Assembly (NCBI RefSeq): GCF_964204645.1
Contig: NC_134031.1
Location: forward strand, 9,238,001 to 9,302,000
Reading direction: 5' to 3'
Source: Tubulanus polymorphus
Taxonomy: Eukaryota > Animalia > Nemertea
Length of the DNA: 64,000 nt
Below the pieces are notes generated by a model. It was not told the origin of the DNA and did no database searches. It worked only from the letters and a program-made list of their open reading frames with translations. Shown piece after piece: positions 25,001 through 38,694 of this stretch. The stretch's first letter is position 1, and the number at the start of each line of letters is the position of its first letter. The position numbers and the translations under genes are program-made.

Positions 25001-26732
25001 TTACATTCATGGTTATGTTCTCTTGAGAGACTAACGACAACTCATTTCTGCCGTTCCTTGGAGAAGCATACCACAAACTTTGCTTTGCAACCAGTTTTAG
25101 ATCTACTAAAAGGAGGAGAAAGATGGGTTAACATAAGGCTCATTGGGCAGAAATACACTGAGGGACAAAAAAGGACCATAAGAATTAGTAACTTTATTTT
25201 CCGGTAGCCAGCCCTGCATGTGACATCAATCAAAAGATTAAAACATGATTACCAAGCTTTATATCAACCTTCATTTTTTAGTCCACTTGGGACTTTAGTC
25301 CCAGCGGGCTATTGCGTTCACTTTTTGTCCATCCATTTGTCCATCCATTCGTCCGTCCGTCCGTAGACGGAATCCAGTTATTTTTGGAAGTTTTGAAGCA
25401 ATTCAATGTAATGTCTTGATATTTGGGTTACAAATGTACCATATCTACCCTAGACACATCTTTAGCCCAAAAACCCTGTCAGAATCTAGATGGCCGACTG
25501 GCAGACATTGTGGTTCGCCAAAATCAGCACTTTTTACCCATTTTTGAACTTTTTGCGTGAAAGTTTGACGACGCTTTGATCAATTACCTCGATCTTTCGT
25601 ATATATTTGAAATACCCAAGGGTCCATCAGAATGAGAAAAATTGGGTTGATGGGATAAAGCCGGCCGTCCTATGACCTTTTTAGTGCCCAAAAAAGTCAA
25701 TTTTGGACCGAATTCTGAGTCTTGTAGCTTCCTACAGGTTTATTGGCAGCCATCTTGGTGTCATCAGTACTCGTAGGTGGGAAAAGTTTTTCCACATTAT
25801 ATTGATACCTAAACATATTGTGTTACCACAATCAATTGGAAAGTTGTAGCTCATAACATTTTCTATGATATTGGTGAGTTTCAAGGTCATTGCTTTTTGT
25901 TTATGGCCACCAGGAGGCGTTGAAAAATACAATTACTAAATATTTCTATATTATATTTGTACCTATGCATATTTTGTTACCACAATAAATTGTAAAGTTG
26001 TAGCTCATGACATGTTCTATGATTGTGGAGAGTTTTAAGGACATTAGTTATTCATATGGTAACCAGGGGCTGTTGAGTAGTAGAATAACATTGTTTTCCT
26101 TATTATATTGCTACCTAGGCATATTTTGTTACCATGATCAATTGCAAAGGGGTAGCTCACGACATGTTCTATGATTGTGATGATTTTCAAGATCATTGGG
26201 TTTTGCATATGGTCACCAGGGGTTGTTGAATAGTAGAATAACTTAGTATTTCCATATTGAATTGGTAATGAGGCATGTTTGGTTATCACAATCAATTACA
26301 GAATCATATCTGACATGTTCTATGATTGTGGTGAGTTTCAAAGTCATTGGTTTTGTATATGGTCAGATTGTTACGGTTAGATTGCACATGGTTAGATTGC
26401 TGAGCATTTGAAATCACTTCCCAAGTCGGCATGACGTCCCTGGATAACAAAAATTGGGTTGATCTGATCAAAATGGCCATCCTATGACCATCAATTTTGG
26501 ACCGAATTCTGAGTCTTGTAGCTTCCTACTGAATTATTGGCAGCCATCAGTACTCATTCGTAGGTGGGAAAAAGTTTTTCCACATTATATTGATACCTAA
26601 ACATATTGTGTTACCACAATCAATTGGAGAGTTGTAGCTCATAATGTGTTCTACGATATTGGTAAGTTTCAAGGTCATTGCTTTTTGTTTATGGCCACCA
26701 AGGGGTGTTGAAAAATACAATTACTTAATATT

Positions 26733-26836
26733 TAGGGTTTTCTGTTTCTTCACAGAAAACCCTATTGAGATTCGCGTGATTTTTAGGGTTTTCTGTTACA
26801 TCACAGAAAACCCTATTGAGATTCGCGTGTTTCTTA
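26733..26836 (+). repeat. Two tandem ~50-bp 5'-end-only copies of HINE-A
   Basis: TAGGGTTTTCTG..CAGAAAACCCTATTGAGATTCGCGTG at 26733 and 26784, matching the head at 28202. Confidence 0.85.
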
Positions 26837-26837
26837 T

Positions 26838-28196
26838 TAGGGTTTCTGCTGCCTCGGCAGAAACCCTATTGGATTCCTGCTGATTATTATTTCAACATAT
26901 TTTCCACTGAGTTTCGTCACATAAAAATCATCTTCTTTTAGATTTGACTACTAACAACTTTGAAACACAATGTTAAACTCTGATAATAATATAACAGTCT
27001 CTTGCTGCGCGTAGTTTCTATGGATGTACTGTGCTTCCTATTTCAAACTTGAAGTTACTTAAAGATTACACCGGTGGAAATAGCAATCGTCAATCATGGC
27101 GCGCATTGGCGCACACTGGCGCGAATCTGAAAGTTTGTGACGTCATTTCATAAATAAATAAAGAAGGAAGGCTCCGAGAATATCCAACTCACAGGTTACT
27201 GTGAATAACTGGGGTTCGACCATTCACAAGTTAAAAATATACTTCCTTGTTTGTGAAGTAAGTTTATTCATACTGTTATTAAAAGCAGTTCCTTTTAACC
27301 ATTCTATGAAAGTATAGTTTTGTTCGTGGATATCAATACTTCGAAAAATCAACAGCGGTTTATTTATTTATTGTACCGGTATGCGTTTTCTTAATTGAAT
27401 TGAATTGGTCCGGTCCAAAAGGTGGGTCATACTAGTTAGCGTCAGAAAATGTCAGCCTCGGTGATACCTTGTTATCGTCGAAATTAAACGGTCTAAAGTC
27501 AGTTTATACATCATATACATTACAAATTGGAGGTCCCTTGTACATGTACATCACATCGTGACGCAGCGGCGATGGTAATGTCATAGAAGAACAAAGTTAG
27601 TTGAAAATACCTACCCTCTGCACCGATAAAGAATGATTGCAAGCCAGAGGTCAGTGACAGACAGTCAGTAGTCAGGTAATTGGGAGTGATGGTACCGTTT
27701 ATGATTATGTTTACCTAATGGTTATTGGACGTCAATTTCATATGTGAATTGTAGTCCCCATCTGATCGCTTGACTTGTCCGGCAGACCGACTTGTCAGTC
27801 ACTCCTCTACTAATAGTAACACTATAAGGCCTTCCCTCCTGCATACCCTATTGGCCAAATTTGTGCTTTGGGCCAAATTCGGTTTCCTTATCTAGTCGAC
27901 TTTTTTCGGAACCAATAATAACCGAATATGCGCTTAAACTGTCACTAGCGAATAGTAAAAACACCGTAGCTTCGTTCTTCTCGATGTTATTTCCCCTAAA
28001 ACCTGGCACATTAGTACTTTGCGCGTAGTAGCACATGTGGGTCAACATATCCATGTTGTGAGTTGACCCCTAGGTGGCACTCTTTCAAAAAACGGAATGT
28101 GATGAACTGATTTCGTGTGAAATCTTTGCTCGCATCCCTGAACGACATTCTATTCAGAAAGGCAGAAACCCGTTATCGCTGCTTGCAGCTATATTT
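26838..28196 (+). mobile_element. HINE-like element family B (termini related to A, different interior)
   Basis: 5' hairpin TAGGGTTTCTGC..GCAGAAACCCTA; 3' GGCAGAAACCC (28161-28171) plus hairpin GCTGCttGCAGC and TATATTT. Confidence 0.75.
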
Positions 28197-30141
28197 ATTA
28201 CTAGGGTTTTCTGTTACATCACAGAAAACCCTATTGAGATTCGCGTGTTTCTTCTTATTATTATTTTATGTCACACTATTTTCACTAAAAGAACTAAGGC
28301 TTTGTTACCTTGCCGCTGTTGTCGATACAATCCGTATGATACCGTTCAGCTCACTGAGATCTACAAATGCTCCGCGTGTTTTTTCACGAATCATCGTTAC
28401 AAAAGCACTGTCGGGCCGTAAACATCGAAAATTTAGCCCCATTCAATGGGGCGACATGTTTTTCGTGAGTCGTCATCCCGAAATCAACCCGCAGGCCGAT
28501 TGTCACTTCGATTATCAATTCAAGTATAAATGAACTAATTTATTGCCGCAGACTTCACATTCAGCCGCGGTCTTCAAACAGTAATTTCAACAATAGTCCA
28601 TTTTCCTCATCAAGTCATATTACCGATACACTGGAAATTTACTACTTTAGATTTTGAAAGCATTTTCGAGCCGTAAACATCGACGAATCGACGTGTGTCA
28701 CTACATCGTCGTTCCGGGGATCAGCTGCAAGTTTCTCCTCATCATGAGAATCAAATCGAGTACAAATTAATTTGTTACTACCAGTGATTTGGCTGCGGGT
28801 TTCAAGAAGTTAGTTTAATAATACCTATTTTTCTTTGCCAAATTAACCGTGTATTTACTAAGATAAATCTTTAGTGTACCGGGGAGTCGTAGGCCTAAAC
28901 TAAACACGCCGAAGAGATATAGCGGAGAAAAGCTGTTATGTCGACGAGGTATCAAAATAAAAGAATATATTACTTTATTCCGCCGCGGGCTTCAACCTCT
29001 ATATCAATACCATCAATTCTCTATATTTCCTACAGTACATACCGATCATTGTCAAATGCACAAGGCATTTACTAAATACAAGTATATAAAACACTCTTAT
29101 CCGTATGTTGGACTCACACTTGACATTCGGAGTAAGCGTTCGCTGTGGGGGAAAGGAGATTGTTCGCTGTGTCGAGTTTTACGCGACCTTAAGGCTTTAG
29201 GCCTACCGGTACTGACATATACTGTCTCAAACAAACACAGTATAAATGTTGCGGTTATTAACGGACTCATTGGATTGGACTTCAAAACAAAATTTACGAT
29301 ATTTAGGAGGGTTGTTATTCAATAGGCCTACGACAAATAAGTCCGGATGTTAGGCCTACGCATATACATAGGCCTACATAGGCTAATTGCCTCTACTAGG
29401 TTAATGTTAAGATCACTGTAGAGGAATCAGATTTATTAAAATGCATGTTAATTAGTGATTAACTGGTTCTGACTTGCAACGATCAATCACAATTATCAAT
29501 TATATTGGCAAAAATGAAGATTTTTTTGAAAATTTCGTCTGAGCAGACAGCTTTATAAGCCAGACTTTTCGTTTGAGTTTTTTCATCATAAATGAAACTG
29601 GTATTTCATTAATTCCTAATCACTTAAGCCGGGCGTAGGTGGGCCTTGCGATGGCTTGTGACTCACTGCGACGCCATTCACTTTGACCGCCAGCGATGAT
29701 TATGTCGACCTACGCTCCCTTGCGACGGGTTGCGACTGTCAGCAATGCCAGTCACAAGGAGTCGCACGTGGTCTACTTTCCGCGGCGCTACACGACTGTT
29801 GTTTTGAAGTTCATTCCAATGAGTCCGTTAATAAACGCAATAATTATAGGCCCAAGTCCGATATAAGTCGAAATAGTGCAGCTGGCTGGCGCATGTTTAT
29901 GGCGGTAATCCGGTCATCCTCTTCACCGAATGGTTGACAGGCCGACATTACACTTTTACAGTAAACACACAAATTGCATGTGTCTACCTGTCTACCTTGT
30001 TAATATGAAATTTGGTTCGAATCCCAAAATTTACAGAATCAACAAATATAAATATATTTGGTTTGAATCCCAGAATGTACGGAATATAAAACACAAATTG
30101 CATGTGTCTACCGTTTATTCACAATACTTGTTCATTGTTAA

Positions 30142-31165
30142 CCCTTTCAATACCACATAGTGTCTCCGCTGCTGTACCGGAGGGAATTTAGGGGTTTATA
30201 GGGATATATTTGAAACTTCATAGAATAGTTACCAAGGTATCTGACACAGAAAATGTATATAGCATGTTGTTGATAACTTTTGGGCCAACAATGTAGACAT
30301 AAATGATTTGGATATAAGTGAACTTGAGGTCAAGGTGACATACTCCAAGATGGCCGCCATGAAAAAATTCACGAAAAAGTTTCAGATAAACTGCTCTTTC
30401 TCCCAGCAAGATGCACTGATCTATTCAATTCCAACTGAAACTGTATGCCATATATCCTTACTTTATGTAGTAAAAATTTCAAAGCAATAGAACAACTAAA
30501 AAATTTATTTTTCCACTTATTTAGCAACTACTCCACCGATATATCGGAAGGTCGGATGTACGGGGTTTCATTGGGGTATAATTTCAGGCCTTAGAAAATT
30601 GTTACCTATGTATTTGACACTGATACATTGTATACCGTTACCTATGTATTTGACACTGATACATTGTATACCATGGTGCTGATAACCATTGGGCTTACAA
30701 ATAAGACAAATTATTTGGATATATGTGACCCTAAGGATGGGCAGTTTCTGGTTCTTCATTATTGTTATTGGTGTCCGTTGCCATGACAACCGTATCAACA
30801 GGTTCGAAAAAAATTGTCACTGATATCATCTAAATCATTGCCGGCACTATAAACCTATTTTCTGACTAAGTCTCATCATCTGAACTGCTGCTGTCATATT
30901 CGTTGTCTCAATTTGTTCACTACCAAATTCCAAGTCACCAGCATCACTGTCAGCATCATATACAAGCTGCTGAACCGTTTCATCCAGCCAAACTGTTTTT
31001 TCCTGGCTTTTGCCATCTTGGATTTTATGCACATGGCAGCACCGGTTGATACTGATAGATATGCCCTTCTAGAAGAAGGGTTAAGCGATACCGTATCACA
31101 TACGGTACGTGTATGCTACCTTGCCAATTTGTACCGTTTGCCATACGGTAGTGGTATTGTAAGGG
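30142..31165 (-). mobile_element. Intact 1024-bp non-autonomous piggyBac
   Basis: TTAA TSDs 30138-30141 / 31166-31169; 15-bp TIR; retains an acidic transposase-like N-terminus (ORF 30847-31032, LVYDADSDAGDLEFGSE). Confidence 0.9.
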
Positions 31166-31489
31166 TTAATAAGGAAACAAATATATTCCGGGTTCGAATC
31201 CCACAATTTACGGAATTAACAAATATAAATATAGGCTATTGGTCCCGAGATCCCATTTCAAATAATGGGACCTGGGTTAGGGTTAGGGTAATGTACTCGA
31301 GGTACCAGAGGCCATCCGACTGGTACTAAAAGCCATCATGGGCACCACAGGCCAACACTCAAAGGTACCAAAGGCCACAATGCTAGCCTTATAGTACCAT
31401 TGTGTGGCCACTAGTACCAAGTTTAAAACATGATTATTAAGATTATTATTAATGATGTTGCAAGTGTGATTAGGCACTTTTATGGGGCA

Positions 31490-34400
31490 AGTCTTCCTCT
31501 ATCCTTTCCAAGTATCAGAACTTGTTTAGTCCTTGCTTAGGAAGATGTTTAATTAGATCCTATGTAGCGGTAAATTTCCTGATGAATGGCGTTGTAACAC
31601 ACTAACTCCTATACATAAAAAGGGTGATACTTCTAAACCTGAGAATTACAGAGGTATAGCAGTTGGTAGTAATATTTGTAAATCATTTTGTAGCGTTATA
31701 AATAATCGACTCCCTGCGTTTGCTGATAGACACAAACTCGTACCAAGTTGTCAGATAAGTTTCAGAAAAGGTGCAAGAACCTCCGACCACATACTAACTC
31801 TTAGTACAATTATTAACAAATACGTAAATAAACTGTGCAAATGTACAGTATACTGTTGCTTTGTTGACTTTGTTGACTTGAAGTCAGCGTTCGATTCTGT
31901 ACAAAGAAGATTCTTAATCTATAAACTTGGGTATTGATGGTAAAATTCTATCTGTCCTAGAAAGTATGTATGATTCAGTCAACTATTCTGTAAAACTTCC
32001 AAATGGTATAACCTCCTTTTTCCCCTCAAATGTCGGTGTGAAACAAGGTTGTGTAGTTAGCCCTCTTCTTTTTAATCTCTTTATCTCAGACTTGCCAGAT
32101 ATATTTAGTGATGATTGTGACCCCATTTTGTTAAATAATAATCATATAAGCTGTGTGCTCTATGCAGATGATCTGGTTATGTCACGATCTAGAGTAGGCT
32201 TGCAGAATGCTTTAGATAAGCTGGGTGCCTATACTGAACAGTGGGGACTGTCTGTTAACATTAAAAAAACAAAAATTGTCATCTTTAACACCTCTGGTTG
32301 TAGACTGACAAATTATTCCTTCACTTTCAGGGGAACTATTGTAGAAATTGTTGATAGTTATTGCTACCTTGGTATTACATTTACTGCAAGCGGAAAGTTT
32401 AAAAAAGCTTGTGAAGTTCTCACAGATCAAGCCAAGAAAGCACTCTTTAAAATTAAAACTTATGACCTTAGAGAAAATGTCATAGTTGGTATCAATTTGT
32501 ATAGAACTTTAGTCGAGCCCATTCTCACTGTAGCGAAGTATGGGCGCCTTTTTACCCGCAAAAGTATAACTCTCATAATCTTATGACACTGTGTAATCTC
32601 CCCCCATGGAAAGAGCGAATGTGAGTTTATGCAAATATATCTTAGGTGTCAACAAATTTGCATCCAATGCTGCTGTTATTGGTGAACTAGGCATATACCC
32701 TATATTAATTAAAGCTCTTGTACATAGTAGTAAATATTGGTTCATTGTTTGTGAATCTAGCACATCTACATTAGTGAGACAGGCATATATAGAATGCATA
32801 TCCTTGATGCACCAACAAATATGTAACTGTAACTGGGCATCTTTCCTAAAAGATTTATGGTTAAAATTTAATCTTGATGAAACCTGGTATAATCAGGGCA
32901 GCCAATCTACATCTAAATCAATCAAAACTTTAAAAAAATATGTTGTAATCCGGATGCGCATCCAATTGATTAGTAATTCTACAATCCAACGAATTAGTTG
33001 GTAATGTCTCTAAACTCAGAACTTATAAAACTTAAAAAAACCTTCTCTTTTGAAAGAAACCTCTTATTTATAAAGAATTTTAACAAACGAAAAACATTTT
33101 CTCGACTCCGCGTAAGTGCTCATAAGCTCAAAATTGAAAAAGGACAGATACAGCAAACCTTTTGTACCTGCAGAAAAACCAATGTGTAGATTATGCAATA
33201 ATAATTGCATCGAAGATGATTAATATTTTATACTATACTGTCAACTCTATAACATGGAAAGACAATCCCTCTTAGATAGCCTTCAAAATTTTATTGCAAT
33301 CGAAAATCTCTCTAATGATGAATTATTCTCATTTTCATGGGCTTGCATGCTTGTTTGCCCATATTGCTATCACACGGATTGATAACTTGCTTGGGGAGTC
33401 GATAACTTTCGTTAGAAACTTTCTTTGGCTCTGATATTTACACACATTTAATGCAGTAATAAAATCTAGGTTCCTTTCGTATATTGGCTATATGGGTTGT
33501 CGTTTTCATTTTTTTATGATTTTGTTTAATCGTTTTTGTTATTTCAGCAGCGCATACCAACCTTGGTTGAGCATGTGTGATCAGTCTTGAAATCGGTATT
33601 CATGCGCGGCATAGTGCTGCCGACAATTCAATTCATTCTTTATTGACGCAATTAAAATTTCACAATAAAAACTTTACTTTCACGTTTAAAAAAAATTCTT
33701 TTAATTATCTTTTACTTGGGTGTTTGCGTTTGCGGCCATTTGAAGAATCTGTACGAACATTTATATTTTTCAGTTTAAATATCTAAAACATCAAAACCGC
33801 TTTTCTGTAAAAGAAATTCTGAATTGAATTGAAGACTGGTTCCCTGTCTCCAAAGAGCCAGGGGGCAGTAGTCTATGGTGGCAATAAACTTTATCAGATG
33901 ATCGTTGTGGATTGTCATTTGAAGGAAATGCAACTTATTTTTGCTTAATGTCTTTATTATTTTAGAAAGAAAAATCGTGGCTCCTATTTTCGTGTTCGCT
34001 TCTCTTCACCTGAAGTCACTCGAGTTAGTCACGTTTTTTCTTTCAGTTGTTAATGTTTCTATGCAAAATCATTTCCACGCAATCCGATGTAATCTAGCAA
34101 TTATCAACATGATGATAGATTCCGTTAAGACACTACAATATTCAAATAACAACTATCCAAAAGCTTGCACTAACTTGGTCCACGTCTACAATAAAACCAT
34201 TCCGATTCCCAGTCCCCGTGTGTAACATTTCATGAAGTGATGTAAGACAACACCGATCTCTTAGCTCTTTAAAAAGTAATCAGTTCAAAGTTCGATTAAT
34301 TCTGCTACAGAAAAACAAAACCACCAAGCCAGCTTTCAGTACAACCATGTCAGCAAGCCCATTTTTAGAATTTCTTTCTTGTTACTTTCTTACAACAATG

Positions 34401-34739
34401 ATTCGGAAGTCTGTAATTTAATCTCTGACTATGTTAGTGCTATTACTGACGTCAGAAATAAGAAAATTTGTGAATAGATACGTTATCGTCGTATAGGTGC
34501 TGCCCTCTCTCCTTTAAATACCAAACCATGCTAGTTCTTTCCTCTGCTGTAACCCCTGTAAATATGTTATATTGTCTATTTTAAATTTTATCATGTAATT
34601 CTTGTGGATTTTGTTCAGTGAATTTACCTGTTTATTTTTCTTTTCCTGTACCTTTATTGCTAAATTTATTTTATGCTTATTTGTTTTATTGTAAAACCTT
34701 CCCTAGGTGGCAATAAAGAAAGAATTGAATTGAATTGAA
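31490..34739 (+). mobile_element. Decayed RTE-X-like LINE interrupted by HINE-C
   Basis: GVKQGCVVSPLLF, LYADD, GELGIYP, RLRVSAHKLKIEKG; 3' AATAAA plus (GAATT)n tail at 34712-34739. Confidence 0.85.
33333..34385 (+). mobile_element. HINE-like element family C, copy 1
   Basis: 5' TTTTC-ATGGGCTTGC..GCCCAT; subterminal IR GCAAGCCCAT ~22 bp before the end; second copy at 42755-45645. Confidence 0.65.
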
Positions 34740-35859
34740 CTCCCTTCCCCCACGGCGAACGTTTACTCCGAATATCAAGTGTGAGTCCAGCTTACGGATA
34801 GGAGTGTGTTATATACTTGTATTTAGTAAATACCTTGTGCATTTGACAAAGATCGGTATGTACTGTAGGAAATATAGAGTATTGATAAATGGTTAAAGCC
34901 CGCAGCCGAATAAAGTAATATATTCTTTTATTTTGATACCTCCTCGACACCACAGCTTTGCTGGCGAGGATCGCGTCGCAAGGCCGACCTTCGTCCAGCT
35001 TTAAGGTTCTGCACGAGCCCAAGAAATATCTTTTTTTCATTCAAAAGACCTTTCGCTCAAAAATTTTTTCGTCGGAACAAAATTTTTTTCGTTCGAACCA
35101 AAAATATTCGGTTCGATTGAACCAATTTGGAAAATCATTAGAACAAAGTTGAAAAAACTTTTTTTCGTCCAAACAAAAGGTCTTTCGTTCGAACAATCAT
35201 TCGATCGATCAGAACCGTTTTAATTTGAACAGATTTTCTTGTCAGAATATTAAGTTTTTCATGCGAACAAGTATATTGTAGAAAGTTTTTTCTCCGAATC
35301 AAAAGTATTAAGTATTTTGTTCAATCGAACAGAATTGTTTTCATTCAAACATTCATTCGAAAAAAATTGTTTTCCCTCAACCAAATTTTTTTGCCGGGAC
35401 AAAAAGTTTTTCATTTCAACAATAACATAGCTTTTTATTCGAACACGTTCTTTTGTCAGAATGAAGAAAGGTTTTGGTTCAAACAAAAAGCGTATTGTTC
35501 AATCAAACAGAATCGTTTTCATTCGAACAAGATTTTCTTGTCGGAACATTAAGTTTTTTGTTCGAACAGATATATTGTGCGATCGAAACATTTTTCATTC
35601 CAAAGAGCAAAATTCTGGTGGAACTAAATAGTCTTTTCGTTACAATGAGTAATCTTAAATCGAATAAAATAATCTTCTTATTCAAACACAAAGGTATAAT
35701 CTGAACCTGGGTTTACTTTGTATCCAATATCCATATTATCCCTTTCAGGTTGAAGCCCGTCTTCCATGTTTCTGACCATGAACGGAACACAGCTTGTTTA
35801 GGTCGTTTTGGAAATATACTCTGTCGGGTACATTTTAGATTAAGTCGTTTTGGAAATAT

Positions 35860-36250
35860 ACTCTGTCCGGTACATTTTGAATTACTCTGTATATCGTCCA
35901 TCAGGAGAGCGAAGAGAAGACGACTGAGGATACTACCTTGCGTGACTCAACTAGTTAGACCAATTTATTCCAAGATGAGACAGTTTCGTTGAATTCGGCC
36001 ACCTGTTTTCGTTAAGAGAAATATGCTGAGCCATTTAAGTGACCCATCATTGATACCGTTTCCGAATAGCTTATTTAGTAATCGCTGATGTTGGACCTTA
36101 TCAAATGCTTTTTTGAAATCCATAAAGATTAATTGCGGCCTAACAGTCCATTTTCCAGAGTCAAATAACCATCTGGTCCAGTCATCCATAGTTTCAAAGT
36201 AGGCCTCAACGACTGTTTGTCAACTGTCCTTTTATAAAACCGTTTTGACA
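35860..36250 (-). pseudogene. CR1/L2-type RT fragment inside HINE-A (shorter copy at ~4375-4610)
   Basis: IFMDFKKAFDKVQHQRLLNKL..LKWLSIFL (ORF 35965-36189). Confidence 0.7.
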
Positions 36251-36957
36251 GTTGAACAGGATTCTAACTTCCCTTCAATTTTTATGGCATGTTGCGGCTG
36301 CATCAACTTACACACGATCGTCGACACAATATTCTGACAAGATCAAGAATACCAACGAGGATGAGATGAAAACCCTTTATCGCTGCTTTGCAGCTATATT
36401 TCTGTATAATTTTTGTATCTATGCATATTTTGTTACCACAATAAATTGTTAAGTTGTAGCTCATGTCATTTTCTATGATTGTGGAGAGTTCTAAAGACAT
36501 TAGTTATTCCATATGGTAACCACGGGGTGTTGAATAGTAGAATAACATTGTATTTTCTTATTATATTGGTACCTAGGCATATTTTGTTACCATGATCGAT
36601 TGCAAAGCTGTAGCTCATGACATGTTCTATGATTGTGGTGATTTGCAAGATGATTGGGTTTTGCATATGGTCACCAGGGGCCGTTGAATAGTAGATTAAC
36701 TTAGTATTTCCATATAATTATAATATATATTATAGTATCTGCTGACATGTTCTATGATTGTGGTGAGTTGCAAGGTTATTGGTTTTTTATATGGTTAGAT
36801 TGTTGAGCATTTGAAACCACTTCCCAATTCCACATGGCGTCCCTGGACCCCTAGTTTATATCAATATAAGTGGAAAATCTTAACTTATTTTAAAAAATGA
36901 TAGATCATCGGCCTATTTCCGGTTTTGAGATCTGCATCGTGTTTAGTTGTTGTGAAA

Positions 36958-37882
36958 CAAATCCAGGTAATAATGCCAGTGGTAAAAATGCCATAGGAAA
37001 GAATGCCAGAAGTAAAAATGCCAGAGGAAAAATCACATCATAGGTAAAAATGCCAGAGTTCAAAATGCCAGAGGGAAATATAAGGAAAACTAAGCAAAGA
37101 ATTTATTAACAATGGACCTGATATTCTTATTTACATTAGCTTTTACATAATGAATGCAGAGATTAGATATACATAACATATACCTACGATAATAAAAATA
37201 AAAAAATGAATCAAATCTATGAAATAAAGTCTTACATAAGCATGAAATTCTTAAAAAAATTTCTTATTTGCACAAGATGATATCGAGTAATTGATACAAC
37301 ATATTTTTAGATCATCGGAAATTAAAAACTTAATGCTATTGCTCTATGCAATTTATGATATCAAAGCAACAATTAGATGATTAGTTTATGAGATATTTTC
37401 GACAAGCTAGTTTTTTGTAATTAAAACAATCAAAGATTTGGCTGCAATTGTACCCAAAAATTTGAGTAGTTTTTGACGAGTTAGTTAGCTAGGATTCATG
37501 ATATCAAAGCAACAATCAGATGGATAGTTTATGTGAAGTTTTTGACAAATTAGGGTTGTAATTAATAGAATCAAAGGATTAGAAGGTATGGTACCCTGAC
37601 ACCTTTGAATAGTTCTTGACGAGTTAGTTTGCTAGGATTCATGATATCAAAGAAACAGTCAGATGAATAGTTTATGAGAAGTTTTTGTTGTAATTAATGG
37701 AATCAAAGGTTTAGCAGGTGTTTTTCCCACAAATTTGAGTCGTTTTCGACTAGTATGTTGGCAATAATTCATCAATTTACCCCTCTGGCATTTTTACCTC
37801 TGGCATTTTTACACCCCTGGCATCTTTACTTCTGGCATTCTTTCCTATGGCATTTTTACCTCCGGCATTATTACCGCGTACC
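36958..37882. mobile_element. MULE-like fold-back MITE with subterminal and internal tandem repeats
   Basis: Arrays of GGTAAAAATGCCA at left and TGGCATTTTTACC at right; flanking direct repeat TTGTGAAA(CAA); ~3 internal ~145-bp units (37355-37780). Confidence 0.7.
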
Positions 37883-38694
37883 TTTGTGAAACAATATCTA
37901 GCCAATAGCAGCTCACAACACAACCAACGATAAGCTGTGTGTATTAGTGATCGATAAAGACGCTATATGTCTTGAAATCAAAAGCCTGACTGATAAAAAT
38001 CGCGAAACATATGAATAATGCCATGAATAATGGAAATTTTCACAATTACTGACATTTTTTAGCGGGTCTTCTTACTATATGCGGGCCTTGGAAGCAAATC
38101 TGATACTTTAATTCTGGTGGCCTAACTATAGTCTACCTAGCGGTCGTTTTCCTGATCCCAAACAACGTCTAAACTCTAGGGCGAGAGTGCACAAATGCCT
38201 ATAACTATAAGGTTAATTTTCGTCCCTCATTATTATGAGGGACAAGGCTTAGAGCGTCTGTTTCACCCCATCAACTTCTTACCTCAAACTGATTGTTCAG
38301 TAATCCTATAGAAGTTAAAAAACGAATTATTTCAGAACCTAATTCAGCTTTCATCGGAAATGTTCACCTCTGCTTGACTAAGTGGTGTGAATAACGGAGA
38401 TGGTCATTTCCTACCGGTCAGTATAATATAGAGGAACGTGGGGTAATAATTATCCTAGTATTTTGAATTTTTTTTCTGTTTCTAGGTCCCAGCGACTAAC
38501 CTAACACTCTAGACACTATCCTAGCTCTTCGACAAAATCCTGTGCAGTAGGCTACTTGGAACTGATATCGACCTTTGAAGGACGACTAGGGCTTGACATG
38601 TCAAAAAACACGAATGTTGAACATGAAGAAGACAAAAACGTGGATAAACTAGTCGAAGATTATAGAGCTGGTATGTTCACATCTATGATCAGCT

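Larger units (their letters stand above)
28202..36401 (+). mobile_element. HINE family A copy 2 with nested insertions
   Basis: 5' hairpin at 28202; near-identity to 1-1590; 3' GAAAACCC plus GCTGCtttGCAGC plus TATATTT at 36368-36401. Confidence 0.75.
25274..36857 (+). mobile_element. HINE family S copy 2 (25274-26732 + 36402-36857), split by a 9.7 kb insert
   Basis: Same 5' end, microsatellite and ~154-bp array as 6396-7655. The sequence ..aatattt (26733) resumes as ctgtataatttttgtatctatgcat at 36402, matching the uninterrupted unit at 25940-25975. 3' end CCCTGGACCCCTAGTT at 36841-36856. Confidence 0.8.

Noticed and set aside
31281-31290. GGGTTA telomere-like repeats (~31271-31290)
   Set aside because: Only 2-3 units, internal to a repeat fragment; not a telomere or a meaningful interstitial array.
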